DNA of 64,000 nucleotides, taken from contig JAAILG010000030.1 in assembly GCA_012026655.1 (NCBI GenBank), forward strand, positions 1 through 64,000, in the 5' to 3' direction. The stretch is from Hydrolagus affinis. Taxonomy: Eukaryota. Below the pieces are notes generated by a model. That model did not search any database. It worked only from the letters and a program-made list of their open reading frames with translations, and was not told the DNA's origin. The translations under genes and the position numbers were made by a program. Shown piece after piece: positions 48,993 through 62,744 of the stretch (its first letter is position 1; each line of letters begins with the position of its first letter).

Positions 48993-51299
48993 AAGTGGAG
49001 GTTAAAAAACAACACTGAGGTGACCTCAGCCTGAAGTACCTTCTTGTGAATTCTTGTCTTGAGCAGTCAGGAAGGAACGAGAATTGCATGACGAACCAAA
49101 CACCAAGTTTCCATATCGGTTTGATTAAACTTTGCCAACGTTCGGCACGTGATATTACTTACATTCTGTATATACTGTAGTATTATCACTGGCAAATTTA
49201 CGTTTTTATTTAGCTTTCGTAAAATTAACAAACAGCCTGACCCGTTTTGGTCATTGCTGAGCTTCTCATTTGTGAATTCATGTTTAATCTGGACATATGG
49301 GGATGATGGAAGAAATTGTGGTTTATCCTGATGTTTAGATAAACCATGTCAGTTTACAAAGTAATATAAATTACAGTATCACTATTCAGAAACTGCAGTG
49401 TTAAAATCATTTTATTGTGTGTGTGTATATATAAAACATAAATTCTAAAAATTTTCAATACTTTGGAAGGCGTGCTCAAAGTCCTACCTTAATGGTTCAT
49501 TGGGTAAATGTACCACATGAATTTATTTATTGAATATAAATGCAAGAAACCACATAATCAGATTTAGGAAGTCTATAACATGTCAGAAGCATCCAAATTA
49601 AGACTTTGATTTCTTAACCACACAATCAGTCTTTTAGAATGCTTTAAGCAATGTCTGCCATGCTTATCATTTCACCTTGATAGAATAGGCATGGGGTGGT
49701 GTAAGAAGTGCAACGTGTCGAACTGTTTTTTTTAGAAGCTATCAGAAATGAAATAGCTCAAATACATTTTAATTTATAGCACGACCCACTTATAATACAC
49801 CTTCCTATTTTGCAAGCTTGCTTATGATGATTTGTGCATTGGATCTCTGAATGCAGTTGCTGCCTTTCCTATACGCTGGGCTTACAGGAAATTGAGGCAG
49901 CCATTCTTATTGCATTCAGCGCAATTGAGCGTCTTAAAGGATGTAATGTTAGTGGAAGCCATTTTTTATCCCCCGTGTTAATGTCGTGTTGGATTTATGG
50001 ACTCGAAATAGAGTGTTATAATAGGGTTCTCCAATATTCTTGGCTTCTAACCTCCTACCTAGTACTGTAATATGTTAAGATTTTTAATAATAAATAGTTT
50101 AGACCAGCTGATATATTATATCATCACAAATTTTACATAATGTAGGGTGGGTAAAACATGTTTGGTTTACATATTCTGCTTACTTCAGTGTGCATGGGAA
50201 ACGTTTTATGTTATGAAATTGTGAAGGAGTCCTGAAAACAGTCTCGTTGGTCTGTTAACCACAAGACTGTAATCTTTCAATTGTCACAATTGAGTCAGGA
50301 TGTGTCCAGAGAGGCTATTTGGCCAATCATGGAAGGGTTGGCAATATACACTGTCCTGTTTAATATTCCAAGATGATTGCGTTAGTTTATTTCCTCTGTC
50401 CTGACTCTCAAACCTCAGTGACCCCACTCATGTGATGTATAGGTTTCCCCATGTATGCAGTTTTTTTGACCTCATTATAAATTAATAGATTTGCAACATA
50501 GCAGGCAAATTTGAGCAAGCTGTAATAATGTGAGGGTAGGACTATAAAACAATTGTTTCTTATAGTATATTAAAATGTTAGCTAGAACTTGAGTTGTATT
50601 TATATTAAATAAATGCAATGGATTAAAGAATTTTAAATGGGTGTATTCCTACATATATTTCTTCAAATTAAACAAATAATGTCAGTGAGATACAGAATTC
50701 ATGTTCAATATTCTGCAATAGTGGCTTAAAACATTGATGATGTTGCTTTATAATTTATCCCTGGTAGAAAATGATAGCAGCGTCATATGCTATTCAGTTA
50801 GCAAAGGAGGAATTACCAATTTGTTATAAAATTGGGGAAAAAAGCAGATTACACAGCTGACCTTTTTTGTTGCATGAACGTAAGAAAGAAGGAAATGCAT
50901 TTTATTTAAACAAGCGAAGGTTACAGAGCATGTGATGGTGAATTTAGAACATTGTTATTGTGATTTCTCTTTTTTAATCCATTGTACTCGGAGAAATAAG
51001 TTGACCAATGTTATTCCGACACAAAAAATATTATAGTAAGTTTATAATCCTATAACTTGCTAAATATTCAGAATCTAGAACATAAAAATACACTTCAATG
51101 CAGAGAATATCTGATTGTTTGCATGCTATGCGTTAAATTTATGTAGAGTGAAGAGCGTTTAATTCAAATTATCTTGTCTTTTGGAAGAAATATTTTCAGT
51201 CAGGTTCATGCATTTATAGATATATCTGATGTTTATTCATTTGTTCCCACAGAACAAAAACATTAAAAATAATATTTTATTGATTTTAATGCAATATTT

Positions 51300-53300
51300 T
51301 CTGCATACCTATTTTATTTTGCATTGTATTGTTGAGCAAAGTGCATTATTGCCTTATTACAATATTGAGTGAAATGTTTTATTACATCCTTGTATAAGAA
51401 AAACATGGAATGCGACAAAATGCAAGAGATTATGACATCCTTTAAAAGGCTAATTTGTTTCACCTTGCATATTAAAATGCTATCTAATGCCCAAATCTGT
51501 ATACGTGTACTGTACTGTGTTTGCGGATTACAATAGCATGTAGTAAATAGATTCATATGTTTTATACCGGTGAGTTTTGCAATATAAATGGCATTAATCT
51601 TATTCTGCTGCATTTTATTTAAAAATTAAATGTGCAGATGTAAATAAAAAGTATCATATCTGCAGTGACGTGTAGAATCAATTAAAATGAATCCTTTCTA
51701 AACAACATTGCCAATTGAAATGCAGAAGTTGCAGGTTTTTGCATAAAAAAGGAATCAGCTGCTTCAGCAGAGGTTGTGAGTTGAGAAGGGTGGCACAGTC
51801 ACACAACATTAGCTTCTCGTACAGCTGAGCGCAAGTCATTACTCTTCAGTGACAGTATCAAGAGACCATTTGAATTTGCCATGGCTACGTTCCTTTAAGA
51901 GAACACTTTCCTGCTCCCAGAAATTGCCTCGTACTTCAGCCTTCGGTACTTGACACATGCGACATGTCCCAATGTGTCACTTTGAACAACCTGCCCTGGG
52001 TGGGAGTGTAGCTTGATGAATTTTTTTTAAGCACATTTCAGGTGGGGGGGGGGGTGGTGTATGGGAGTATGAGATTTTTATGTTGTGACCTCAATGTAGT
52101 CAGTCTCGAGTTCATTTTCATAAAGAACCACGTTATCTTCTCCCATCCACACCTTTATTTATACATTTCCCTAAGGAGTTAAAGATTCAGGGAAGAGGCT
52201 GGTGAGGAAATCACAGCATGGTGTTACCACACAATGGCAGTGACAAATTGTATTCTCATCTGGTTATTTTAACTGTCATCATCATAGCGATTTCTGTTGT
52301 ACGGAGGAGCCTGAAGTGCGAGTTGTGTTGAATTTTTCTTTATTGTAAAAAAAAATTAGAAGCATTTTAAAGATGTCCAGTATAAATTCATTAGCACCCC
52401 TCTGTGCTCCTGGCAAAAGCATAAACCTCGAAGGCAAGCTACCCTGCCGAGGTGACAGAACATTTTACAATGTATGCAGACAGGTTCTGCTGCAGATTAC
52501 TGTCTACCCTCGTAAGAATTGTGGTTATAAATATTTAGAAGCTTACTTGATTTGAGGGCCAGAGTAAGACTGGAAATGAAAAAGCAACCTTGATGATTAC
52601 TAGGAGGTAGTGTACTGCATTCATTTTAACATTGGTGCTTTTTAAGCCCAGCTATTTTCTGTTTCTGTTGTACAGCTAATAAATATCATGTTTAGAGAAG
52701 CATTATTTGTGTTCTTATGTTACCTGATCTGCATCATTTATTAAAGCAAAACTTAAGAGTTAATTGCATGCTCTCGTGGGTTCTCGCTTTGAAATTGAGA
52801 TATGGATTAACAAACAAATGCACAATCTGTGTTGAAGCTGAAATACGATACTCTTTTTAAAATTTCATATTCAAGCCTAGTAGCATAAAATGAAAAAAGA
52901 TGAATGCTATTGAAACCTTAAACACTGAGAATATTGCGTCTATATGTTTAATGTAAAAAAAAGGAGGTTTTTGGCATTCCAGAGTCTAAAAGATTGCTGT
53001 GATTTATTGAATTCCCTGAAATTTTTTTGCTTCAGGGTGGAATTGACAAGGGTTGGCTTAGCAATAGTTTAATCATGTTCAGGTCCTAACGGCTGGTATT
53101 TAATGCTAATTTCCTCTTGATGGGGCTTTCAAGCATGAGCTGTGCTGTTAATGTGTGGGTTCTCAGCTCAGCCCAGCGCCATTATTGGTATTAGAATAGA
53201 GACCCTAATTCAGACAGAAAGGCCAAAGGAGATGGAGACAGAGAATAACTAGGTGGGCCAAGAAATGAAGAGAACTGTGAGCTGCAAGAATAGTGTGCAC
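51300..53300. promoter_or_regulatory. Candidate CNE/enhancer block in intron 8
   Basis: No recognisable interspersed repeat; dense TAAT, TGACA and CAGCTG motifs and an X-box-like site at 51875. Confidence 0.4.
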
Positions 53301-54744
53301 AGTTTGATTGTTTTTACACTCTTTAACCACCAAATTGTTTTTCACATCTGCATTTATCAACACCATAGTGTAAAAATGATGTGCATTGGATGTACGATGG
53401 TTTGCCAGCAGAATATTGATTTTTATATTGATGGATAAATCTTCAAATCAGTTACAAATTAACCAGGTTGGGATTATTGTAATACATTACAAGGTATATT
53501 TCCAGATTTTCGAGAAATCCAAAACATAAGGCATATGTGGTGCACATGCCCTGGTACATACACATGTCATTTTGTTGTATATATTATCTTAAAAAGTGTA
53601 CTCTTGAATAATTTCACCACTGTGATCAAGTTGATTGTTCAAACTGCAGCTGTAAATGGATCAGTCTATCTGTACTCTTATGCTTTATATTGTCAGCTAA
53701 AACCCCTCAAAGAGTCTGCTGCTTTGTAACCATTTCTGAGACAGCCATTCTCGCTCATGATTGGAGAAAACGTTGCTGGATAAAAAGGAAATAGCCATTG
53801 AGAACATTGCAGTTTGAGCTCAGGACAAGAAAGGTATTAGGTTGTAGGGGGAAATAGGTCTATACCTTAACATTTTACTTTGTTCTATTTTGTTCTTCAC
53901 AATTGACCTAATTTCATGCTACCCTCAGTTCTCACTTTCCTCTTGTTCTTCCAATCCTTCAATTCTATCTATTTATCTTACTTACTTATCACTCCACCCC
54001 CCACTCCCCCTCTCTCTCTCTCTCTCTCATATTCCTCACCTCTGTTTTCATAATTTATTTTGTGGCAACAAAGGATCAGAATCCACCCAAACTCTATCAT
54101 TGCATGGGTGACTAATGCGTTGTTTGATCAGCAACAGCTGGGAGATCATCCGAATGACTTAAGTCACGGGTTCCCAGCAAGGGCTTCTGGTGTTTTCCAA
54201 TCACGGTTGAGATTTTTCACACATTCAGGAACGTGACTCGATTAGGAAAATTTCCAAGGGTGTGAATGTTAAAAGCGTGTAATGTTCTCAAACAGAAACC
54301 GAGCTTTTCAGAGGATAACGGGGATGAATGTGAAACTCGGGAATGTTTGATGATTGTGGAATTCTCCCATTTGAGGTGGTAAACTGATTGTGGCTAACAT
54401 TAATACTCTTCTTATTATTTAATGATGCCATTTCTAGATGCATGGGGTAATGCTGATAGCATTGGTACACCAATTTTTAAAAAAATCAAATTTTTTAAAT
54501 CTCTTGAAAAATCGTCATAAATTGTATAATGAATAAATAACAAGGAAGGAGCAGGTTGTCAATTTTTCTTCCTTGAGGTTGAATATCTCCCTTTTCATAA
54601 TAGCCGAGGTTGATTTCAGACCTGGTGAAACTTGTACAGCTGAGACAAGTGAGATCAAGTGACAGCTAACCAGGGGACTTAAACTTTTGACATTGGGAGA
54701 ATACATAGTGAGAATTCCATTGATTTTGGTAATGAATTACAACT

Positions 54745-55130
54745 TGTAATAATAAGAATCCTTGCAATACAGGACTTGATCACAGCATTGAAACAGCTCG
54801 AAATGCTTTAGAGAATTTAGCATAAAGTGTAATGGCTGTATGTATGTATATTTTTAGGGAAATACAGCAGCCAATTTGCACAAATTAATGTCCCACAAAC
54901 ATGGAATGAATGACAAATTGTAACTGGGATTTCTGACGAGGGCACTGGGAGAAACTTTTCTCTTTACAAATAGTGCCATGGGATCTTTTAACATTCACCT
55001 GAATAGTCAGACATAATCTCAGAATTGCACCAGAGTTTCAGCCTATACTATGAGCTCAAGCCCCAATCAGTGCAGGGCTTGAACCCCACAACTTTCTGAC
55101 CCAAAGAGAATGCCTCCAACTGAGCCAGGC
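54745..55130 (-). mobile_element. Old SacSINE1-like/Deu SINE, internally deleted
   Basis: taataataagaatccttgcaat...gcagccaatttgcacaaattaatgtcccacaaac (Deu core, reverse)...atagtgccatgggatcttttaacattcacctga...gggcttgaaccccacaactttctgac...caactgagcc. Confidence 0.8.
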
Positions 55131-55299
55131 TGGTTGCTGGTAGTCTGTGTGGTCATTTTGTATAAATGACTTGGATCGTGCAACTGAATCCATGAAAAGT
55201 CTCCCAATTGATTTTTTTTAAAAAAATCTGATATTCTGTAAAGATATAATTGCAATGTACAGTATACTGTATATAGATGTGTTTGATTTCAGCAGTAAA

Positions 55300-57900
55300 G
55301 CTGATGGCTAACTATATTTATGTTAACCCTTACACTTGTGATTTTCTGCAAAATACTTGAGAATCATAATTGCATTGTTTATTTGATCATTCATTTAAAA
55401 CTTAGCTTTATCTCTAGCTTATTAATGATTAAAAGAAAAGGCAATGGCATTACTCTGCTGGAACGTAGCCCAATGAAAGATATATTTTGGATGTTATTTA
55501 ACTTGTACATAAGACCTTGCTAATGCATTTAAACCCAGGCATTGCATGCTGGTGAAAGAAATAGCTTCTATCCATTTTATCCTGCCCTGGACAGTCAATC
55601 AATCAAACCTGTCATAAACCATTGATGGTGGAGCTAGTTTATTAAACTGCACCAGTCTTTTCAAACATCCCAATGCAGTTTATTTTAAAATTAAATCTAT
55701 ACACTACACTCAGTTTTTAAGGGCATGTAGATATAATGGTTGATTTCTTCACTAAAGCTGAGTCTGAATACATTTATTTTAACCCTTATGTAGGAATTGT
55801 TATTCAGTACTGTGCAACACTTTGCAGAATACTAGTCTGGATTTCATCCAGCTGCTGCAAAATAATCTTCGTCAATATTCTAACATGGAAGAAAATAATT
55901 TCGTGTAATATTGTTTTAGTGAGCGGCATTGTTGAAAGCTGAAAATCCATTATTATCCTTAAATTTAAATAAAAATTGCGCTAATATCAAGGACATTGTG
56001 ATGCCTGTTTTTGAGAGAGATTTGTGTAGTTATTTGTTGCTTTAAAATGTAGCATAAATCAGAAAGAAAATATCTTAAATACCTACTACATCATTACAAA
56101 ATAAAGATCAGCAAACCACATCCATTGTGCTCCTGATTTTCTTGTTAAATGACTGCACTTTGTTGTGATTCATAAGAGAATGTTGACAGCCTCTAAAAAT
56201 CCCTGCGATAATTTATGTCAGTCATGATGCTAATCGTAAACAACTTGCTTTCACTGGTGGTGCAAAGTTTCAGGGTAAGAACAAAAAATGATTTGGAGCA
56301 TCGATGCTACATTTTGATCGCTCAACTGCAAAACAATACATAATTTCAGCTAAACCCCTGTTGTGATGCTTTATCTCTTAAAAATTATAATTTTTACAAC
56401 AAAGTCTAGTTTTTATTAATTTTGTCTGGGGAGATTTTTGCAATCCTGTGACTTTATGTTATGAGCTTTGCTGTATGAGATTGTTTCAGTGGGAAGAATT
56501 CTGACTGCTGCTTCTGCTGCTGCTTTTAAATTTGACAGATGATGGAATCACAGATGAAATGTCTGAATCTCTAAATTGCCAACGATAGATATAACAACGC
56601 TCTCTTCTCTTCTCCTTCTTCTCCTCCCACCCGCCCCCCCCCCCCCGCCACCCCTCCACTCGACAATGCTCTGTAGTGCATGTCTGTCTTTTGCATTAAT
56701 TTAGTCATACGACCACTGCAGCACAAAAATGTCCAGTTTCCTGCTGATTCTGTTGTTCAGCATTTTCCATTTTTATGATGGTTTTGCAGTCTTGAAATTA
56801 GCTCTTAATAGAACACACTGGTCAAATTGCAGTGAGGAAAAATTATTTTCCGGCTTATTCATTTCATGGGTTTTATATGTAAGCTTAATTTTAATTATTC
56901 TTATACGTGGTTTAGGGCAAGGCAGAGACACAGACCAAAGAAGATGGCGACAGTGAAAGCTGCATTAAGCAATTAAAGATAGGCAGCGGAGAAATGAAAT
57001 GATGTGGTGATTTTTCTTGGTAATTGCCTCAGCAATCGTCTTTGATCACAGGAGAGTAAGAGAGATGTGTGCAGTGACTTGACATCAGCATTTTATATGA
57101 GGATGCGCAATGTTAGCTTTACATAACCACGGCTGACCTGAAAGTCCTAGATGCCTCTCTTTCATTTTAATTTAAAAATAACACTGCTGCTGCAGCACTT
57201 ATGAATAATTAAGCTCTGCCAAATTTAGATGCATTGAAATGGGGTATAAACATTTACCAGTGAAGGAGGTTTGAATGCCTCACTTAGCACAAATGCATGT
57301 TGTGTGTGTGAAGGTGGATTCAGCAATCAGTACAGGGCTCTAATCGTAGCTGCTGTACTATTGATTTGCTGCAGACCATAGCCTCAGGACACTACATAGA
57401 TAGTAATTAAAGGTAAATGATCTATAAGCCACCTGGGTCTTGTTCATTGCATCAGTGCTTTTGCAGGTACTGTTAGAAATAGACAATGTACAGCAGGACT
57501 TTGAAAATGGATACTGCACATACACTGTGTTTTGTGTTTGTGCTGTCTTTTGTTTTTAGCATCATTGATTTGTAAAAGTAATGCAGGTATTGTGTTCTTG
57601 GAGTTTTAACATTCATTAAATGGATCATTTGTCATTTTTATAACCATTCACGAGTTAAATTAAAATATTTTACTTCTACAATGGACAGGCTGGTGTAAAT
57701 ATTAAGATATCTCCTTAAAACCTATCAGGCCATGTTTTCAATGAAACACCCTCAATGTCTGTTTTCAGTATGTAGGTGGAAAATACTTTACCAATTCAAA
57801 AGAGACGTTTACTACAGTGGTAATGTTTGCCTTTATTAATGCTAAAAATAGGTATTAAATAATTGGATTATTTCCCTCTATTATTTTTGCTTGGGACTTT
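55300..57900. promoter_or_regulatory. Candidate CNE/enhancer block in intron 8
   Basis: No recognisable interspersed repeat; TGATTGAT-type (caatcaatcaa), TGACAG and TAATTA motifs recur. Confidence 0.4.
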
Positions 57901-58251
57901 CATCTTACCATAATATTTGCATTGTACTGCAGAAACAACTTGTTTAGTTCTATAAATGTGACTGAGTGTGAGATTGATTGTTATAGTCTGGAAGCTTCAG
58001 ACAACAATCAATTGTGCTCTGTTATACTCTTTGAAACCCAACCAGTTTGACTCTCAAAGGAATCGCAACAGCTCTTCCATTTTTAAATGAGTAGAGAAAT
58101 TACTATATTCTATTTGAATTGTAGAGATTTATATCTATTGGTCAAAGCTGGAAAGAAAATAATTATTATTTTCAGTTGATACCCGAACTCTTATTTCAAT
58201 AAATGGAAGTTAAAGAATGATCTAGTAACATTAGATTGATTCTTCTTTATT

Positions 58252-58395
58252 ATAATAATAATTCTTGCAATTGATAAAGCATCTCATCAGGTTGTTGAGA
58301 CATCTCAAAGCGCTTCACATGATATACAGTACTGTGTATTTTGTGGGCGAAAATGTGGCAGCCAGTTTGCACACAGCAATCCCACAAACAGCATG
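58252..58395 (-). mobile_element. Deu-type SINE 3' half
   Basis: ataataataattcttgcaattgata...tctcaaagcgcttcaca...tgtgggcgaaaatgtggcagccagtttgcacacagcaatcccacaaacag. Confidence 0.88.
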
Positions 58396-61300
58396 AAGTC
58401 AGAATCTAGTCCGCCCTCTTGGTCGGCCAATTCCTGAGCCAGATGAGTCTGCTGTACGCCAAGGCACTGTTGATGACAGCCCACCCAGCCTGGCTCATTG
58501 ATAATACTTGGAGGGACTAACCAGATAATGGGGGCAAGGATTCTTTAGCTCTTGTTAACTCTGCAAGCCAAAGTCTTAACACGTAGGGTGGTGCTCAACT
58601 GTACAAGCAGCAAGAATTCTTGCCAGACAGTGATTTCAATGACAATCTATGTGGTTATTGGTTAGATTCCAGCAGTACCCCCAATGCACTGTGGGGGTCC
58701 CCAAGCCTAGGCACTTGACAACATGTGCCTAATACTCTTCAGAATTAGGTAAGCAGAATGCAGCCCTCCTGGGAGATCATGCATTCTATTCCAATAAACG
58801 TGTCGGGAATTTCCATGTGTAGGTGGGATGCATGGAACTCTGGTTTGTATACGCTAAAGCATTGTGATGGGTTTCCGCATGTGTCAAGACACCTGGCTGA
58901 CCCCCCAAAAAAACCTAGATCTTCAGTTTGGTTTGCTGGTAAGTGGCATAATCGGAAGAAATAAATCCTGGACAGAAATGTTTTTAAATAATGTATATGA
59001 AGTTGTTTAAATTCAACCACAACCACAAAAGACTTTTAGAATCAAATTTATAACTATTGCATATGAGAACATCTATATATTGCTATTGAAAAATGTTGCA
59101 GTTTTGGCCATAAATGGAGAATAATGAATACCTGTGAGAGATTACAAGGCAGTAGTTTAGTTGAGGAGCCGAGTGACTTCATAAATCATCTAAATCCTGA
59201 GATTCGATTGCAGTCTTGAAATCAATCCCCATGTTCCTTTGTGCTAATTCAGTCAGACATTTATGCATCATACTGCAGTTATCATTCTTTATTAATACCT
59301 GATGAGCAACAAATGGTACATTTTAAAAGTTGAATTGTGTGATAATGTATATTTCATTCCATATTCACACAGGCCATACCACACCTAAGTTGTCCCTTTA
59401 TCTTAACAGGATTTGATTGTCTAACTGAGATGGTCAAGATGCCTCTCAGTAATTGTTTTGATACCCATATACACCAGTTTAAGACTTTTCATTCGGTTCT
59501 GTAGTGTCATTAAGCGTCGATGAAGGTTAGCACGCCTTACGTTTTGAGGCAGAATTCTCTACGATGAGAATGGTATCTACTATGATGAATTAAGGTAAAT
59601 ATATTTAAGCAAAGCAGATGTTTTACTGCATTCAGAAGATATCTTTGGTACCCAAATAAATCGGTTTTATAAGATTTCTTTATGAACAATACAGGACCAA
59701 ATCTTTTTGAACAATCTTCTGCCAAGGAAACTGGCTATTTATCCAACATCATCCAACGTCAACATCAAAGGTTCAGTTTGATGGGGAGGGATTAAAAACA
59801 ACCTTGTCTTTTCTTTTACAGCTTGATGGTGGTTTTCAAGATATTCACTTTGTTTTAGATACAATTGCTGTGTTTGATATTGGATAGTTTTATTTGTTTT
59901 ATTACTCGAATTCACTTTTAACTCAGAGGGTTGAGATTGAGCAAATCTCTTTGACCATAACTAATACAAATCCTCAATTCAAGGTATCTCCTGTAATTTT
60001 TGAACATAAGAAAATCAACGCCAAATTTGCATGGTGCAGATTGAACATTCTTGATGATTCCACAACATATTGTTCGTTATCTTCTGTGCAACTTTATGGA
60101 AAGAAGACGTAATTGTGACTCACTTAAACCATGTTAATCCCCATGAAGTTTACAAAAATGTTTCTGAACTCGCTATTTTATTTTCACAGTTTGGGAGCCC
60201 CCACAAAGCCCTTCAAGAAAGCCAAGTTCAGTCATTCCGATCCAACAATCTACTGAAGGTTGAGGTAAAATTCACAGACATTGTTGCAGAGCTAGGTTTT
60301 ACAATGGGAGGATGAGAACACTTATATGTCAATCCCAGCATTTGAGAACCAATGTACATATCAAAAAGTTTTTTTGAAGGGTGGTGGGGAGAGGGGGTGG
60401 GTGGGGTGGGTGGGTGGTGTGGGGGGAGAGGTTTACGGTTCGGTCCATTGAACAATACCCATTTTGGACAATACAGAAAGAGTTATCTATGGGAACCAGG
60501 TTAATCCCTTCAGAATTCCAGTAATGAAATAAAGCAAAAAGAAACTATCCAGTATGTGCAGCAATTTTTCTAAAACTAAACTCCACTGCACTGAGTAGAT
60601 TAGCATTTATTGATGGGAATCTCAGAAGAAGTCACTTATTTTCTTGACGTGAAACTTTATTTTCGATCAATTTCAAATGGATATTATAGTGTGCAGCATC
60701 AAATTCTGTGTCAGGTCTTGCCATTATCACCCCCACTGCAACCCTATTATGTGAAGCAAAGATTTTTTTTAGCAGAATGAAAAGCAGCATATTGGGTATG
60801 TGGCAATAGTATCAGAATTTATAAATTGCTAACCCTGAAAGCCTTAACAGCTGGGTTATATATAAAGTAAGGAAGAAAACAAAAAAAAATCAGTTGTGTA
60901 AAAACAGCTGGGATCTTGTTAAAAATATATATAACACAGTGGCTTGGTTCAAGGGCTATAAAACTACTTGATCTTTGCTCTTTACTTTATGATATCTGTT
61001 TCCCTTGAGTGAGATACAGTCTCGTAGCATTGTCTCAGTTTGTTCTCAAATATTTCTCTGAGGTGTTGACACTAGATTTCCAATCAATGCACAAAAAAAT
61101 GCAAGTGTCCTATTCTGAATATATTGGGCAAGGGAAGTATGTTTTTCCTAGTGTGAGGGGATCACAGAAAATGATATAAGAATTTGCTAATTTTTCCTCC
61201 TTAAAATGATCACTGTTGACTGGTTCTAAAATGTTGGGCAAGGGAAAACCTCCTTTAACAAATTGTTACACCTTTAAATGGAAAAATAAAAGTAACTGCC

Positions 61301-61784
61301 AATGGAAAAACGACGTAGCAAACTTTAAACCAGTCTGGTAAAGTGTCTTGTAATAATAATGACTATCGGTATTACTGCAGAGTCATTGCGATTTTAGGCT
61401 AAAAAGGTAATTTATGTCAGTTTGCTACAGATTGCCCACGATCCCTAAATAATATGCCTCCTGAGTCATTGCTTTTACAGTTTGAAAGAATCTTCTCCAC
61501 TGGCAATTGTGCATCAAGTCTTAGTACTGTAGTTTTTACTTGTTTTAAGCAGCTGCCCACCAAAAGTCTTATTGATTAGCTTTTCATACGACCTCTGGGA
61601 CTACTGCCCCAATCTAAAACCACTTCACTAAGATTATAAGGTTCACTTGTCTAACTTTTCCAGGTACAGTAGTTCCCAAAGTGTACAATTTCATCCCACA
61701 TTTCAGATGTCAGCTTGTCTTTAATTTTATGCTCTTTCAGTGCTGCTCCGCTTGAAGAGTGCAATGTAAATGTAAATTGTCATT

Positions 61785-61880
61785 ATAATAATAATAATAA
61801 TCCTTGCATTTGATATAGCGCTTTAGAAACTTAGGTCTCTCGCTTGTAAAGCGACTGCTCTAACCACTGAGCTACAGGAC
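61785..61880 (-). mobile_element. Minimal SINE: tRNA-like head joined directly to the 3' tail
   Basis: Reverse strand reads tgtagctcagtggttagagcagtcgctttacaagcgagagacctaagtttctaaagcgctatatcaaatgcaaggattattattatt. Confidence 0.8.
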
Positions 61881-62447
61881 GTATTGTTGTCTATTTGATT
61901 AAATTAACAATTTAATTAATTTGTTGATTTGTGGTGCTCATATGTACATTCTGTTCCCACTACTTTGGAAATTTTGGCATTGAAAGTTGGAAGCACCTGT
62001 TTTTCATTTGTTTGGGTTTTTGCTCTCCTGCTCCCAGATGTGTGATGGTTAGACAATGAGTGTTGACAGATAATTTAATCATGGACGGCATTACAGTTAA
62101 GCCCGATCCTGTTCTTAGCCAATGTTCACGCATACGGAATTTCCATCAGGGGACACCGCAGATCGATTGGGAAATTCTGGCTGTTTCTTTTGTGTAGCCC
62201 AGGGATGGCAGGCAGGGCTGAGGTTTTATTGCTCAGGCTGCCCTCAGCAAACTGGGAACGTGAACCTGAAACCCTTTGAATTTAGTGCTACGCAGACCAG
62301 TTGGTGTCTTTACCCAGAAGACTCATCAGAGAACTGCTTTTAGGTTTAATATGCTATTTTGTTTCATAGCAAACAATTTCACATTTGGGGCAACAAGCAA
62401 CAAACCACAGCCTTGTATATTCATAGAAGGTGCACTATGGAGTACGA

Positions 62448-62744
62448 TGGAGCTCAGTGGTTAGAGCACTCCACTCACAAACGAGAGACCTGGGTTCAAA
62501 TCCAGCCAGGGCTAACCCTTGTGCAAGTTTCCTTACTTCACACGCCTAATAATAATCCCTCACAACAATAATAAATTGGTCATTTCAATCCATGACTGTT
62601 TGTGGGACACTGCTGTGCGCAACTGGCTGCTGCATTTCACCCACAAATATACAGTCAATTCACTTTACAGTATATTCTGTGAAGCGCTTTGAGACGTCTA
62701 GAAGCCGTGAAATGCACTTCATCAAATGCAACAATTATTATTAT
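62448..62744 (+). mobile_element. Full-length tRNA-derived Deu-domain SINE
   Basis: A box agctcagtgg, B box ggttcaaatcc, Deu core tgtttgtgggacactgctgtgcgcaactggctgc, tail atcaaatgcaacaattattatta. Confidence 0.92.

Noticed and set aside
62448-62520. tRNA gene (also at 27238, 39853 and 61840)
   Set aside because: A and B boxes are present, but there is no complete acceptor stem and the sequence runs on into a SINE body or tail.
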